From NCBI GenBank assembly GCA_048262655.1, contig JBLXEY010000009.1, forward strand, positions 37,095 to 101,094: 64,000 bases of DNA. Direction: 5' to 3'. Made by a program: the position numbers and the translations under genes. Positions 9,423 to 20,607 of this stretch are shown here, piece after piece. The stretch is from Rhodospirillales bacterium (GTDB lineage: Bacteria > Pseudomonadota > Alphaproteobacteria > Rhodospirillales > Casp-alpha2). The notes beneath the pieces were generated by a model, which was not told the origin of the DNA, did no database searches, and saw only the letters and a list, made by a program, of their open reading frames with translations. Position 1 is the first letter of the stretch; each line of letters begins with the position of its first letter.

Positions 9423-10277
9423 ATGACTGTTGTAACAAGGTTCGCGCCAAGCCCTACCGGATTTTTGCATTTGGGACATGCCTATTCGGCCCTGTTTGCC
9501 AGAAATATGGCCCTTAACAAAGAAGGGCGCTTTCTGCTGAGGATCGAAGATATCGATAAAGAGCGCTGCCGGCATGACTTTGAGACAGCAATTTTAGAGG
9601 ATTTAGCCTGGCTTGGCCTGAAGTGGGAAAATCCGGTTCGCCGTCAATCGGATCATTTTTCTGACTATGCGCAAGCCATCCAGGCACTGGAAGAAATGGA
9701 CCTCTTGTATCCTTGTTTTTGCAGTCGGAAAGAGATCAGGGCGGAAATCAAGGCCGCCGGATATGCCCCGCATTCGGCGCCAGCTGGCCCAGAGGGGCCA
9801 CTATATCCACAAACCTGCCGCTGGCTTGATCAGTCAGCGCGGGAACAACGATTTGCAGCCGGAAGCCCCTTCGCTATTCGCCTGAAATCCGACCTTGCCC
9901 TGGAGCGAACAGGACCTCTGACATGGTTTGATGACGTGAAAGGCATACAAAATGTAACAATGGCGGAAATGGGGGATGTGGTCCTTGCCCGAAAGGATAC
10001 GCCAACCAGTTATCATCTGTCGGTCACGGTTGACGACCACTTGCAAGGCATTACGAAAGTCACCCGAGGTGAAGACCTGTTTTTTGCAACTCATCTGCAC
10101 CGGCTTTTGCAGGCGCTGTTAGGCTACGAACAACCTTCCTACCATCACCATCGCCTGATCACGGATGAAAACGGCCTGCGATTTGCGAAACGAAATAGCG
10201 CGGTCACTTTGCGCGACCTGCGCGAAAACGGCCGATCACCGGAAGACATAAGGAATATGATTAATGGCAATGGCTAG
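9423..10277 (+). CDS. gluQ: tRNA glutamyl-Q(34) synthetase
   Basis: Truncated GluRS catalytic domain without an anticodon-binding domain (284 aa). 'RFAPSPTGFLHLGHA' is the HIGH motif. Confidence 0.87.
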   Translation: MTVVTRFAPSPTGFLHLGHAYSALFARNMALNKEGRFLLRIEDIDKERCRHDFETAILEDLAWLGLKWENPVRRQSDHFSDYAQAIQALEEMDLLYPCFCSRKEIRAEIKAAGYAPHSAPAGPEGPLYPQTCRWLDQSAREQRFAAGSPFAIRLKSDLALERTGPLTWFDDVKGIQNVTMAEMGDVVLARKDTPTSYHLSVTVDDHLQGITKVTRGEDLFFATHLHRLLQALLGYEQPSYHHHRLITDENGLRFAKRNSAVTLRDLRENGRSPEDIRNMINGNG

Positions 10278-11094
10278 AGGCCCACATGCCGTTCGCACTC
10301 TTGTATGCATATGCCTACTGGTATTTGTCGCTGAAGATGCGCATGCAAAACCGATCGACGATCTGATTGCGGGACCAACGGCCGTTGTCCGTGAAGTTGT
10401 TGATGGAGATACGGTTATACTGGATGACCGGTTTCCCGGTCCAAAGCAGGTTCGACTTGTGGGTCTGCAGGCCCCCAAGCTTCCTTTGGGGAGAAAAGGT
10501 TTTAAAGAATGGCCGTTAGCCCCCGATTCCAAGTATGCCCTTGAAGAACTTACCCTCCATAAGCCTGTCAGGCTCTATTTTGGCGGTGCCCGCATGGATC
10601 GTCACGGACGGCATCTTGCACATCTTTTTTTAGAAAATGGTACCTGGATTCAAGGTCGAATGCTGCAGCGGGGCATGGCAAGGGTCTATACCTTTTCGGA
10701 TAACCGCTCTGTAGCGGAAGACATGTACGCCCTTGAAACAGAAGCGAGAAATGCCAATCGCGGAATTTGGGCGCATCCCTTCTATGCCATCCGACCTGCA
10801 ACCCCATCGGCGCTGGAACGATTATATGGGACGTTCCAGCTGGTCACGGGACGCGTCGTTGATGCTGCGCGGGTAAAAGGTAAAACCTACTTAAATTTTG
10901 GCGCAAACTGGCGTGACGATTTCACCATCACACTGAATAACAAGACGCACAGACTTTTTGAAAAGACCGCGATCGATCCTTTGGCGCTAACAGGTAAATT
11001 ATTGCGCGTGCGTGGCTGGATAAAAAAACGCAACGGACCGGAGATTATAGCAACGCACCCGGAACAATTGGAAATTCTAGGGGATGAACAATAG
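10264..11094 (+). CDS. secreted thermonuclease (SNase-like) family protein
   Basis: N-terminal signal-like segment. 'VVDGDTVILDD...VRLVGLQAPK' and 'RHGRHLAH' are SNase-fold motifs. It overlaps the gluQ end by 14 nt. Confidence 0.72.
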   Translation: MAMARGPHAVRTLVCICLLVFVAEDAHAKPIDDLIAGPTAVVREVVDGDTVILDDRFPGPKQVRLVGLQAPKLPLGRKGFKEWPLAPDSKYALEELTLHKPVRLYFGGARMDRHGRHLAHLFLENGTWIQGRMLQRGMARVYTFSDNRSVAEDMYALETEARNANRGIWAHPFYAIRPATPSALERLYGTFQLVTGRVVDAARVKGKTYLNFGANWRDDFTITLNNKTHRLFEKTAIDPLALTGKLLRVRGWIKKRNGPEIIATHPEQLEILGDEQ

Positions 11095-11157
11095 CCCCCG
11101 GCTTTGCGTTTACCTCAATTGAAAAAACCGCCTTAAAATGCGCTGTATTGGCCTTTT

Positions 11158-11430
11158 TCAGGCAGCCGCACTTTCAGAGTCTGAGGCAGGCTTAGGTAGC
11201 GTTTGCCGGTCTCGATTGGTGACCATTGTATCGTAAAGGCCAGTAATCACCTGACTTCCCGTTTTCACAAATAAAAACGGGAGGAATGCGTGGATAAGGC
11301 AAACCAAAGCCCCAAAAAACATCTTGTAACAAAACCCGAGCGCAACGCCGACATGTTCAAAATAGGTTTCATCGACACTTGCCGGATGCTCTGTAAACAA
11401 GCGTTTCAACATAACGGGGCTCCAATTCAT
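11158..11430 (-). CDS. small membrane protein (DUF6356-like, from memory)
   Basis: 90 aa. 'FTEHPASVDETYFEHVGVALGF' is followed by a hydrophobic hairpin. Confidence 0.5.
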   Translation of the reverse strand: MNWSPVMLKRLFTEHPASVDETYFEHVGVALGFCYKMFFGALVCLIHAFLPFLFVKTGSQVITGLYDTMVTNRDRQTLPKPASDSESAAA

Positions 11431-11503
11431 CTGTGTTCAACTGAAAACAGATTAGCTTACTCCCAGGAAAAAAAGTTCCTTTTTTTGCCTTATAATTTGC
11501 AAT

Positions 11504-11526
11504 AAATTAGACTATTTTTCTAATTT
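11504..11526. promoter_or_regulatory. Lrp-type operator in the lrp promoter region
   Basis: AAATTAGA-N7-TCTAATTT is a perfect 8-bp inverted repeat. The core TAGACTATTTTTCTA (11508-11522) matches 14 of 15 positions of the E. coli Lrp SELEX consensus YAGHAWATTWTDCTR. It lies about 30 nt upstream of the lrp-family start. Confidence 0.55.
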
Positions 11527-11551
11527 TATAATAATATTAGGAATTTTGTTT

Positions 11552-12013
11552 ATGGACCATATGGATAAAAAAATTCTGAGTTGTCTCCAGTCCGATGCGA
11601 CACTCTCAATAGCCGAAATTTCAGAACGCGTCGGCTTATCCCAGACTCCCTGCTGGCGACGCATTCAAAACCTGGAAGCCAGTGGTGCAATTAAAAAACG
11701 GGTTGCCATTCTGGACCGCACCCAAATGAATGTTGGCGTCACGGTCTTCGTGTCTCTGAAAACCAATCAACATAATCAGGAGTGGCTAGAGACCTTCGCC
11801 CAGATCGTCACCCAGTTTCCCGAGGTTTTGGAATTTTATCGAATGAGTGGTGGGATCGACTATCTCCTGAAAATTGTCGTTCCAGACATTGCAGCCTATG
11901 ACGCTGTATATAAACGGATTATCGAAAAGGTAGATTTATTTGATGTGAGTTCTGCGTTCGCAATGGAAGAAATAAAATGCGAAACACTTTTGCCACTCGA
12001 TTACATCAAATGA
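11552..12013 (+). CDS. lrp: Lrp/AsnC family transcriptional regulator
   Basis: 'LDKKILSCLQSDATLSIAEISERVGLSQTPCWRRIQNLEASGAI' is the HTH_AsnC domain, followed by a RAM/AsnC_trans_reg C-terminal domain. ATG 11552 lies 8 nt after AGGAA; ATG 11561 is also possible. Confidence 0.88.
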   Translation: MDHMDKKILSCLQSDATLSIAEISERVGLSQTPCWRRIQNLEASGAIKKRVAILDRTQMNVGVTVFVSLKTNQHNQEWLETFAQIVTQFPEVLEFYRMSGGIDYLLKIVVPDIAAYDAVYKRIIEKVDLFDVSSAFAMEEIKCETLLPLDYIK

Positions 12014-14687
12014 TCGTCTTGTTTTGCTCACGCCACCACTGAATTGTTTCCTTGGCCGCCAATTCAAAAGCAGGCATTGACCGCTGAACGTCGCCGATTG
12101 CGGGCAAGGTCTGTTCAATATTAGCGGCAAGCTCCGAGACCCTGGTCGCACACATTGTCGAGCAAGCGCCTTTCAAGGCATGTGCGGCTTCCCCAATAGC
12201 CTTCTCGTCCTCAACCTCGACCGCGGCTTTTAGTTCAGTCAAACGCAGCGTCAAGGATTGCTCGGCTTCCGACAGCAAAGTCGAAATCACGTTTGCGCTC
12301 AACTGTTGCCTCAGTTGCTCCAACGCTTCCAAGTCTCCAATGGGGGAGTCAGAAGGACCCCTATCGCTGGCGGCCCTCTTGCTCGTCGCACTGTCGTGAT
12401 CGCGTTTCATTTCCGCAAACGAGGGTGCGGCGGGATGATCGGTCTCATCGGTTTTCTTTTTGCCATAAATCGCCAGAACGCGTGACAATTGCTGTTCAGT
12501 AAAAGGTTTCGTCAGCACATCTACCATACCGGCTTCTATAAATGCGACATGCCGCTCGGCAAATGCTTCGGCCGTCAAACCGATAATTGGCAGCCCCTTT
12601 CCCGTCTCAGATGCACGGATTACCCGGGTCGCATCGATCCCATTCATTTCGGGCATATGGATGTCCATGAAAACAAGATCTGCCCAATTTTCGGCAGCTA
12701 ACTGCACCGCAACCTTTCCATTCTCCGCATGCTTAACTGTGTGGCCAAACTTCTCAAGAAAGGCAATTGCGATAAGCGCATTCACTTCATTATCTTCTGC
12801 CAACAGAATGTTTAACGCTTGGCCCCCCGTATAGTTTTTATGTTTGTTCTGCAGGGTCAAGAATTCGGCTTCCTCTTCCGAGGCATATTCAAAAGGCAGC
12901 CGAACCAGGAATTCCGTTCCCTTGTCCAATTCGCTTTTTATTTCAATTGTGCCCCCCATCAATTCCACCAATTGTCTGACAATTGAAAGCCCCAGACCCG
13001 TTCCGCCGTGCTTGCGCGTTATGGAACTGTCTTCTTGTGTAAAGGCATTGAAGATAGCGTCTTGCCGATCTTCAGCGATACCGGCCCCCGTATCCGATAC
13101 AAGAAAATGAATGTAACACATCTCTGAGTGCCCTTCGGAACCCTCATCAGGCCCGTTTTTGATGACCAGTTTGACGCTACCTGTTTCTGTAAACTTTATT
13201 GCATTGCTTAAAAGGTTCCAAAGAACTTGCCGAAGCCGAATTGGGTCCCCCTTGAGCGGTTTGTCCAACTGATATCTGTTTTCCACTGTCAGCAGCAAAC
13301 CCTTGTCATCAGCAAGTGATTGGAAAGGCGTCGCAATGGTGGTCACCAATTCATTCAAGACAAACGCTTTAACTTCTAACTCCAGACCGCCAGCTTCAAT
13401 TCGACTCATGTCCAAGACATCATTGATAATGGCCAACAACGTCTGACCCGACGACAGAATGGTTTTTACCTTTTTCCGTTGATCCATATTCAGGTCTGAA
13501 TCATCAAGCAATTGTGCCAAGCCCAGCACACCATTGAGAGGTGTCCGGATTTCATGGCTCATTGTTGACAGGAAGTTAGACTTAGCTTGATTGGCCGCTT
13601 CGGCTTTTTCTTGCACCTGTTTCAAATGCGTAATATCGACCCGAACACCAACGATCCCACCATCGGGGGTTTGTCTTTCCGATATTTTCAACCAGCGTCC
13701 ATCCGACAACCTTTGTTCAATTTCTGTGTTTCCAGCCAGATGTGTGCGCCTGCGTTCGTCGATCCATTCTTGTTCCCGCCCGATCGCCTCAGGAAGCTGG
13801 CCACGGGCGATTCCTGTCCACAAAATATCCTCAAAAAGCACCCCTTCTTTCATGATATCGGCTGTCTCGTGATAAATTTCCTTATATTTTGTGTTACAAA
13901 GCACCAACCGATCATCAGCGTCGAAGATCACAAACCCATCTTCAAGTGCTTCAATCGCTGTCCTGAGTTGCTCTTCCGCGTGCATGGCCCGATCAATGCC
14001 TTTTTTCTGATCAGAGATATCCGTCCCGCTGCCACGGTAACCCGCAAAATTTCCATCTCTATCGAAAAACGGCTTTCCGGAAACGGATATATACTGTTCG
14101 ATGCCGTTGGGGCCTTTTCGAGAATATTCGAAATTTTTAATCTCAGATCGTTCGGCAATAGCTGCGCGCAAGGTTTGCCATTTATCCGAATTATAATCTT
14201 CGCCGGCCAGATCTTCGCGTGTTTTGCCAATGTGAAACTCGACAGAGACCCCGGTTACATCGACCACACGATCAGACAAATAGGTAAACCTAAGATCGGC
14301 GTCCATTTCCCAGAGCCAATCGGAAGCAACTTCGGCAAAGTCTCGAAACCGAGCTTCATCTTCTACATGTGCATCAACTGCTTTTTTCAGGACAATAACT
14401 AAAAGCGCCGCCACGCATACGACAACCATTGATATCCCGCGATTGACGTGAACGGCCGAATTTTCCCCTCCGGCAGGAGAATAATGATACCCAAGAAAAA
14501 TGAGACAACAACTTATGACAGCAAGTGCCACAACGTGGCTTTGTCTTGAAAACCAATATCCACACAAAACGGGTAAAGCATAGGATACGCCGACGGCAAC
14601 ACCAAGTTCGAGATTTAAGTCCGCCAGCAGGATGAGTGCAGATAACAAACCCGCGCCAGCGTAGATTTTGAAATGCTGAGAAGTCAT
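12006..14687 (-). CDS. hybrid sensor histidine kinase (membrane N-terminus, 2 PAS, HisKA, HATPase, REC, HPt)
   Basis: H-box 'SHEIRTPLNG', G-boxes 'DTGAGI' and 'GGTGLGLSI', receiver 'LLAEDNEVN...MDIHMPEMNG', and HPt 'AHALKGA'. Its 3' end converges on lrp and overlaps it by 8 nt. Confidence 0.9.
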   Translation of the reverse strand: MTSQHFKIYAGAGLLSALILLADLNLELGVAVGVSYALPVLCGYWFSRQSHVVALAVISCCLIFLGYHYSPAGGENSAVHVNRGISMVVVCVAALLVIVLKKAVDAHVEDEARFRDFAEVASDWLWEMDADLRFTYLSDRVVDVTGVSVEFHIGKTREDLAGEDYNSDKWQTLRAAIAERSEIKNFEYSRKGPNGIEQYISVSGKPFFDRDGNFAGYRGSGTDISDQKKGIDRAMHAEEQLRTAIEALEDGFVIFDADDRLVLCNTKYKEIYHETADIMKEGVLFEDILWTGIARGQLPEAIGREQEWIDERRRTHLAGNTEIEQRLSDGRWLKISERQTPDGGIVGVRVDITHLKQVQEKAEAANQAKSNFLSTMSHEIRTPLNGVLGLAQLLDDSDLNMDQRKKVKTILSSGQTLLAIINDVLDMSRIEAGGLELEVKAFVLNELVTTIATPFQSLADDKGLLLTVENRYQLDKPLKGDPIRLRQVLWNLLSNAIKFTETGSVKLVIKNGPDEGSEGHSEMCYIHFLVSDTGAGIAEDRQDAIFNAFTQEDSSITRKHGGTGLGLSIVRQLVELMGGTIEIKSELDKGTEFLVRLPFEYASEEEAEFLTLQNKHKNYTGGQALNILLAEDNEVNALIAIAFLEKFGHTVKHAENGKVAVQLAAENWADLVFMDIHMPEMNGIDATRVIRASETGKGLPIIGLTAEAFAERHVAFIEAGMVDVLTKPFTEQQLSRVLAIYGKKKTDETDHPAAPSFAEMKRDHDSATSKRAASDRGPSDSPIGDLEALEQLRQQLSANVISTLLSEAEQSLTLRLTELKAAVEVEDEKAIGEAAHALKGACSTMCATRVSELAANIEQTLPAIGDVQRSMPAFELAAKETIQWWREQNKTII

Positions 14688-14878
14688 TGCGATCCCCTTC
14701 AAATGGTCACGCCCCTTTTGCATGCGATGCTATTCATGCACACTAGCGCGTGATTCTCCATACAAAAAGGGGAAACCGTTCGCAATATGGGTCCTGTGAG
14801 CCAATGTCCCCAGCCGCGCCAGGACCTGGACAAGGCTTGTGTTGTACTTTCTCTCTGCTTTGTATAGGTTCCCGCGCC

Positions 14879-15949
14879 ATGCGTGTATCTGACTTCGATT
14901 TCGATCTTCCCGCGGAATTTATTGCGCAGCATCCGGCTGAACCTCGGGATGCTGCACGTCTTCTGCATGTGCGAGCTGGTGGTCAATTGGATGATCTGAA
15001 TGTCTCCGATATTCCGGCATTGCTTGAGCCTGGTGATATGCTTGTCACCAACGATACACGGGTAATTCCAGCCCGCCTCACGGGCCTTCGTGGAGACGCA
15101 ACACGCCCCGGCCCACCGCAAGGAGGCGCAAAAATCGAAGTCACGCTCCATAAACCCGATAGCCCGGCTGTTTGGCGCGCATTCGCGCGGCCTGCCAAAA
15201 AACTGAAACCGCGTGACTTAATTGTTTTTGCCCCTGGCTTTTCCGCCGTTGTCGACAGCAAAGGTGACGCTGGCGAAGTTACACTGCATTTCAATATATT
15301 CGGCCCGGCCTTGCTGGATGCCTTGCACAAACACGGCGTGATGCCACTGCCACCTTATATCAAGCGGCCCAAAGAAGGAGATCAGGCAGATGACACATCA
15401 TACCAAACCGTTTTTGCCAAAAACGATGGCGCCGTCGCAGCGCCAACCGCGAGTCTGCATTACACGCCTCAGCTGATTGAAGCAATTGAGGCGCGCGAAG
15501 TCGAAATCGCAAAGCTTACATTACATGTTGGTGCGGGCACGTTTTTACCGATTAAGGTCGAAGACACGAAGGATCATATTATGCATTCGGAGTGGGGCGA
15601 ACTCGGTCCAGAAGTCGCAGATCGAATCAATGCGGTTAAACAACGCGGTGGAAGGATCATCGCGTCTGGGACGACATCACTCCGCCTATTGGAATCCGCC
15701 GCGTCAGAGGATGGCACCGTGATGCCATTTAAAGGTGAAACGGATATTTTCATAACCCCCGGCTACCAATTTCGCGCCGTCGACGCCCTTTTAACAAATT
15801 TTCATCTGCCAAAATCAACGCTATTTATGCTGGTTTCCGCATTTGCCGGGCTTGAGCCAATGAAGGCCGCATATCAGCATGCCATGGAGCAGAACTACCG
15901 GTTTTATTCCTATGGGGACGCATCCTTCTTGGAACTGTCCGCAAAGTAA
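14879..15949 (+). CDS. queA: S-adenosylmethionine:tRNA ribosyltransferase-isomerase
   Basis: 'MRVSDFDFDLPAEFIAQHPAEPRDAARLL' and 'GTTSLRLLES' are QueA hallmarks. I chose ATG 14879. Confidence 0.93.
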   Translation: MRVSDFDFDLPAEFIAQHPAEPRDAARLLHVRAGGQLDDLNVSDIPALLEPGDMLVTNDTRVIPARLTGLRGDATRPGPPQGGAKIEVTLHKPDSPAVWRAFARPAKKLKPRDLIVFAPGFSAVVDSKGDAGEVTLHFNIFGPALLDALHKHGVMPLPPYIKRPKEGDQADDTSYQTVFAKNDGAVAAPTASLHYTPQLIEAIEAREVEIAKLTLHVGAGTFLPIKVEDTKDHIMHSEWGELGPEVADRINAVKQRGGRIIASGTTSLRLLESAASEDGTVMPFKGETDIFITPGYQFRAVDALLTNFHLPKSTLFMLVSAFAGLEPMKAAYQHAMEQNYRFYSYGDASFLELSAK

Positions 15950-15954
15950 CCTAA

Positions 15955-17091
<1,137 letters not shown>

Positions 17092-17108
17092 GGAACAGGA
17101 ATAAGCAT

Positions 17109-17573
17109 ATGAATGAAAGTCAATTTGACGGCTTAAGTCAGTTGGGGGGATCAAACGAAATCCCTGACAGCCCTGAAGAAGCGAAACTAGAAATCGTAGC
17201 CAATCCCCATATCGGCACAGACTATCTCATTCGTTTTGCCTGCCCGGAATTCACCAGTGTATGTCCGGTAACGGGCCAACCTGATTTTGCCCATTTGGTC
17301 ATAGACTATATCGCAAATGAATTGATCGTCGAGAGCAAGTCATTGAAAATTTATCTGGCAAGCTTTCGCAACCATGCCGCTTTCCATGAAGGATGCACGG
17401 TAGGTATTGGCAAACGGCTAGTAGATCTTCTGTCACCCAAATGGTTGCGTATCGGCGGATACTGGTATCCACGCGGCGGCATTCCTATTGACGTTTTTTA
17501 TCAAACAGGCGATGCGCCAAGCGGTGTCTGGATACCGGACCAAGGTGTCGCCCCTTACCGCGGTAGGGGCTAG
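17109..17573 (+). CDS. queF: NADPH-dependent 7-cyano-7-deazaguanine (preQ0) reductase, type I
   Basis: 154 aa. '[15 protein letters not shown]' carries the catalytic Cys, and the QueF motif 'ESKSLKIYL' is present. Confidence 0.9.
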   Translation: MNESQFDGLSQLGGSNEIPDSPEEAKLEIVANPHIGTDYLIRFACPEFTSVCPVTGQPDFAHLVIDYIANELIVESKSLKIYLASFRNHAAFHEGCTVGIGKRLVDLLSPKWLRIGGYWYPRGGIPIDVFYQTGDAPSGVWIPDQGVAPYRGRG

Positions 17574-17582
17574 GATCGAACA

Positions 17583-18002
17583 ATGAAAGCTCGGGTAAAA
17601 TGGATTGAAGGCACGCGTTATCTTGGCACCTCCGGGACCGGACATGGTGTGGTCATGGAAGCATCCGCCGCTGATCAAAGCGTCGGCGCAAGCCCCATGG
17701 AAATGTTACTGATGGGCATGGGCGGGTGCACAACTTACGACGTCGTCGCCATTCTACAGAAAATGCGCCTTCAGGTCGAAGATGTCATCGTCGAACTTGA
17801 GGCCGAGCGCGCTGAAGAGATTCCCAAAGTCTTCACAAAAATTCATTGCGTGTTTACCGTCGTCGGCAAAGACATCCCGCTTGCCAAAGCTGAAGAAGCC
17901 GTTCGGCTATCTGGAGAAAAATACTGCTCCGCGTCGCGAATGCTTGAAAAGTCAGCCGAAATCACTTTCGAGACACGTGTTTTAGCGCACCAACCCTCTT
18001 AA
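17583..18002 (+). CDS. OsmC/Ohr family protein
   Basis: 139 aa with two conserved Cys ('GGC', 'KYCSAS') in an OsmC-like arrangement. It starts 9 nt after queF. Confidence 0.82.
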   Translation: MKARVKWIEGTRYLGTSGTGHGVVMEASAADQSVGASPMEMLLMGMGGCTTYDVVAILQKMRLQVEDVIVELEAERAEEIPKVFTKIHCVFTVVGKDIPLAKAEEAVRLSGEKYCSASRMLEKSAEITFETRVLAHQPS

Positions 18003-18487
18003 ACGGACTTAACCGTTTCGCGCGACTTGATCATATACCAGACAAGGAGTGCGCCCAGCATCTTGCTGATCGTCATCAAAGCAACACCCTCAAAAGAAGC
18101 GATGCCAATCAGGCTCAGGAAAATCAAACTGTCTATGGGTGTCCCAATTGCACTGGATAACAAGACCCGCTGGGCGAAAGGTTTTTTCGTGAACGAATAA
18201 ACAGCCCAGTCACAAAATTCGCTGACGAGAAAGGCAGCTAAACTGGCGATTGCGACATAGGGGTCGGCCATAAAATAGCTGATCCCCGCAGCAACCAACA
18301 TTGCCAAAATAACAGAATGCCCGATCTCGCGTTGGGCAAAATCGCGGGCAACAAAGATAAACCCAACAACCAATGTCAATGGAGGCCACTTGCCACCCCC
18401 TGGCAATTCGATCAGAGGCACCACCGAAAACCCGTAGTTTACGGCAACAATTAAAACAATATAAAGGGCTGTGAACTTAAACTTCAT
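17999..18487 (-). CDS. VUT-family (YhhQ/DUF165-like) queuosine-precursor transporter
   Basis: Polytopic membrane protein. 'FIFVARDFAQREIG' and 'SEFCDWAVYS...SSAIGTPIDSLIF' resemble YhhQ. I chose ATG 18487 (MKFKF...). Confidence 0.72.
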   Translation of the reverse strand: MKFKFTALYIVLIVAVNYGFSVVPLIELPGGGKWPPLTLVVGFIFVARDFAQREIGHSVILAMLVAAGISYFMADPYVAIASLAAFLVSEFCDWAVYSFTKKPFAQRVLLSSAIGTPIDSLIFLSLIGIASFEGVALMTISKMLGALLVWYMIKSRETVKSV

Positions 18488-18556
18488 TCTGGAATTACCT
18501 GATACCATTGATTTTGGCGGCTCAATAACACACCTAATCACAAAAGGCGAGGGTCT

Positions 18557-19603
18557 ATGATTAAAAACCAAATCCGGGAACAGGCGCTGACGCTTGGATT
18601 TGATCGTGTCGGGTTTACCTCTGCCACCGCGGACCCGCGCGATGAACAGGCTCTATCTTCTTTCTTAAAAGCCAATCGCCACGGCGATATGGCATGGATG
18701 GAAAATACCGATGGCAGGCGACCTGATCCGCAAAAAACCATGCCAAATGCCAGGACAATCCTGGTGCTAGCCGCAAACTATGGCCCCGCAAGCAATCCTC
18801 TGAATTTTCTAGAACACACCGACCGAGGCAACGTCAGCGTCTATGCGCGTGCAACCAAGGACTACCATGATGTTATCAAAAAGCGCCTTAAGCGTTTAGG
18901 GCGCTGGATTGGCGAAACTTATGCTTCGGACATCAAGGTTTTTGTCGATACGGCACCCATCATGGAAAAGCCTCTTGCCGCGCGGGCAGGGATCGGTTGG
19001 CAGGGCAAACATACCAACCTCGTCTCCAAAGAATTTGGCTCTTGGTTATTTCTTGGAGAAATATTTTTATCTCTCGAACTGGAACCTGATTCACCTGCTA
19101 TCGATCATTGTGGCTCTTGCGACCTGTGCCAGACGGTATGCCCGACAAATGCCTTTCCCAAACCCTACGAACTTGATGCCCGGAAATGCATTTCCTATCT
19201 CACCATCGAACATAAGTCGGAAATAGAACCGACGCTTATGGATCAAATGGGTAACCACATTTATGGCTGTGATGATTGTCTTGCGGTTTGTCCCTGGAAC
19301 AAGTTTTCAAGCCCGACACAGGAGCGCCAATTTATGCCCAGGGTTGAATTAACCGCCCCGCGCCTGCGTGACCTGGCCACTTTGACAGATGCAACATTCC
19401 GGACTGTATTTTCGGGGTCTCCCATCAAACGAACAGGTCGGGACCGTTTCGTGCGAAACGTTCTGATTGCGATCGGAAACAGCGGTGACAAAAGCCTGCA
19501 AAACACAGCAATGCAATTGCAAAACGACGCTTCTGAGCTGGTCGCAGGGACCGCCAAGTGGGCCGCAGCGAAACTTGATGATCTGCCCGACATAAGTGAC
19601 TAG
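18557..19603 (+). CDS. queG: epoxyqueuosine reductase
   Basis: Two 4Fe-4S motifs, 'CGSCDLCQTVCP' and 'CDDCLAVCPWN'. The N-terminal part has the QueG pattern. Confidence 0.9.
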   Translation: MIKNQIREQALTLGFDRVGFTSATADPRDEQALSSFLKANRHGDMAWMENTDGRRPDPQKTMPNARTILVLAANYGPASNPLNFLEHTDRGNVSVYARATKDYHDVIKKRLKRLGRWIGETYASDIKVFVDTAPIMEKPLAARAGIGWQGKHTNLVSKEFGSWLFLGEIFLSLELEPDSPAIDHCGSCDLCQTVCPTNAFPKPYELDARKCISYLTIEHKSEIEPTLMDQMGNHIYGCDDCLAVCPWNKFSSPTQERQFMPRVELTAPRLRDLATLTDATFRTVFSGSPIKRTGRDRFVRNVLIAIGNSGDKSLQNTAMQLQNDASELVAGTAKWAAAKLDDLPDISD

Positions 19604-19626
19604 ACTAGGCGCGAGCTAACTCCAAA

Positions 19627-20496
19627 ATGGACCGTATCTTGATGAAGCAACCCAGGCTATTTGTTACAAAATCTCTTTTCCTGTTGGCGGTATTGATCAC
19701 GTCACTCATGCTAGGCCCTCAAAAGGCTCAGGCGCAAAACAAGAACAGCCTTTCCGCCAACACCAAACTGAAAGTTGGTGATGTCTTCAGGGACTGTCCA
19801 GAGTGCCCTGAGTTGGTGGTGGTGCCGGCGGGCCTGTTCATCATGGGATCAAATGGCAAACGAAAGACGGAAAAGCCTGCACGACGCGTAAATGTCAGCA
19901 AACCTTTTGCTATTGGCCGCTACGAAATAACCTTTAAAGAATGGTTCGCATGCCTGAATGCCAAAGCATGTAAGCATAACCCAGACGACCATGAATGGGG
20001 CCGCAAGGGACGCCCGGTCATCAATGTAACCTGGGATCAAGCGGTAACCTATACAAAATGGTTGAGCAAGAAGACCGGCTACACCTACCGATTACCCTCT
20101 GAAGCTGAATGGGAATATACGCACCGGGCTGGGACAACGACGGATTTTTGGTGGGGTAAAACGGTAGGCGAAAATCTGGCGAATTGTAAAGATTGCAAAA
20201 GTAAATGGAGCGCCAAAAGCTCTGCACCGGTTGGGTCTTTTAAGCCCAATCCATTTGGTCTCTATGACACCACCGCAAACGTCTTTGAATGGGTTTCAGA
20301 TTGCTGGAATCCCAACCATCTGGGTGCACCCAAGACCACGGCACCACGAAAAGACGGCAACTGCAAGTTTCGCGTGATTCGGGGCGGGTCCTTTTATTAC
20401 TTCAACAAAGTGGCGCGAGCATCCTACAGAGCGAAAAACCCACCCGCTGTTCGCAGTTATTGGTTGGGTTTTCGGGTTGTCCGGGAAATTCCCTAA
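19627..20496 (+). CDS. secreted formylglycine-generating-enzyme (SUMF1) family protein
   Basis: Signal peptide ending '...AQA', plus 'YRLPSEAEWEY', 'NPFGLYDTTANVFEWV' and 'RGGSF'. Confidence 0.85.
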   Translation: MDRILMKQPRLFVTKSLFLLAVLITSLMLGPQKAQAQNKNSLSANTKLKVGDVFRDCPECPELVVVPAGLFIMGSNGKRKTEKPARRVNVSKPFAIGRYEITFKEWFACLNAKACKHNPDDHEWGRKGRPVINVTWDQAVTYTKWLSKKTGYTYRLPSEAEWEYTHRAGTTTDFWWGKTVGENLANCKDCKSKWSAKSSAPVGSFKPNPFGLYDTTANVFEWVSDCWNPNHLGAPKTTAPRKDGNCKFRVIRGGSFYYFNKVARASYRAKNPPAVRSYWLGFRVVREIP

Positions 20497-20607
20497 TCAC
20501 CGACCTGTTAGGTTAGCGCCCCCCTGAAACGCCGCACATATTGCACGTCTTGTTCACAGACGCACGCCGATGTGTCGTCGCCGGTCGAGAGACAGGGAGT
20601 GACTTTC

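Noticed and set aside
13587-14402. A 271-aa plus-strand ORF.
   Set aside because: It lies entirely antisense to the well-supported hybrid histidine kinase. Its F/I/R-rich low-complexity translation is typical of a shadow ORF.
18488-18556. A possible preQ1 riboswitch upstream of the YhhQ-like transporter or queG.
   Set aside because: The 69-nt divergent spacer has no P1 stem followed by the A-rich 'AAAAAACUA' tail of preQ1-I, and no preQ1-II/III features that I can fold by eye.
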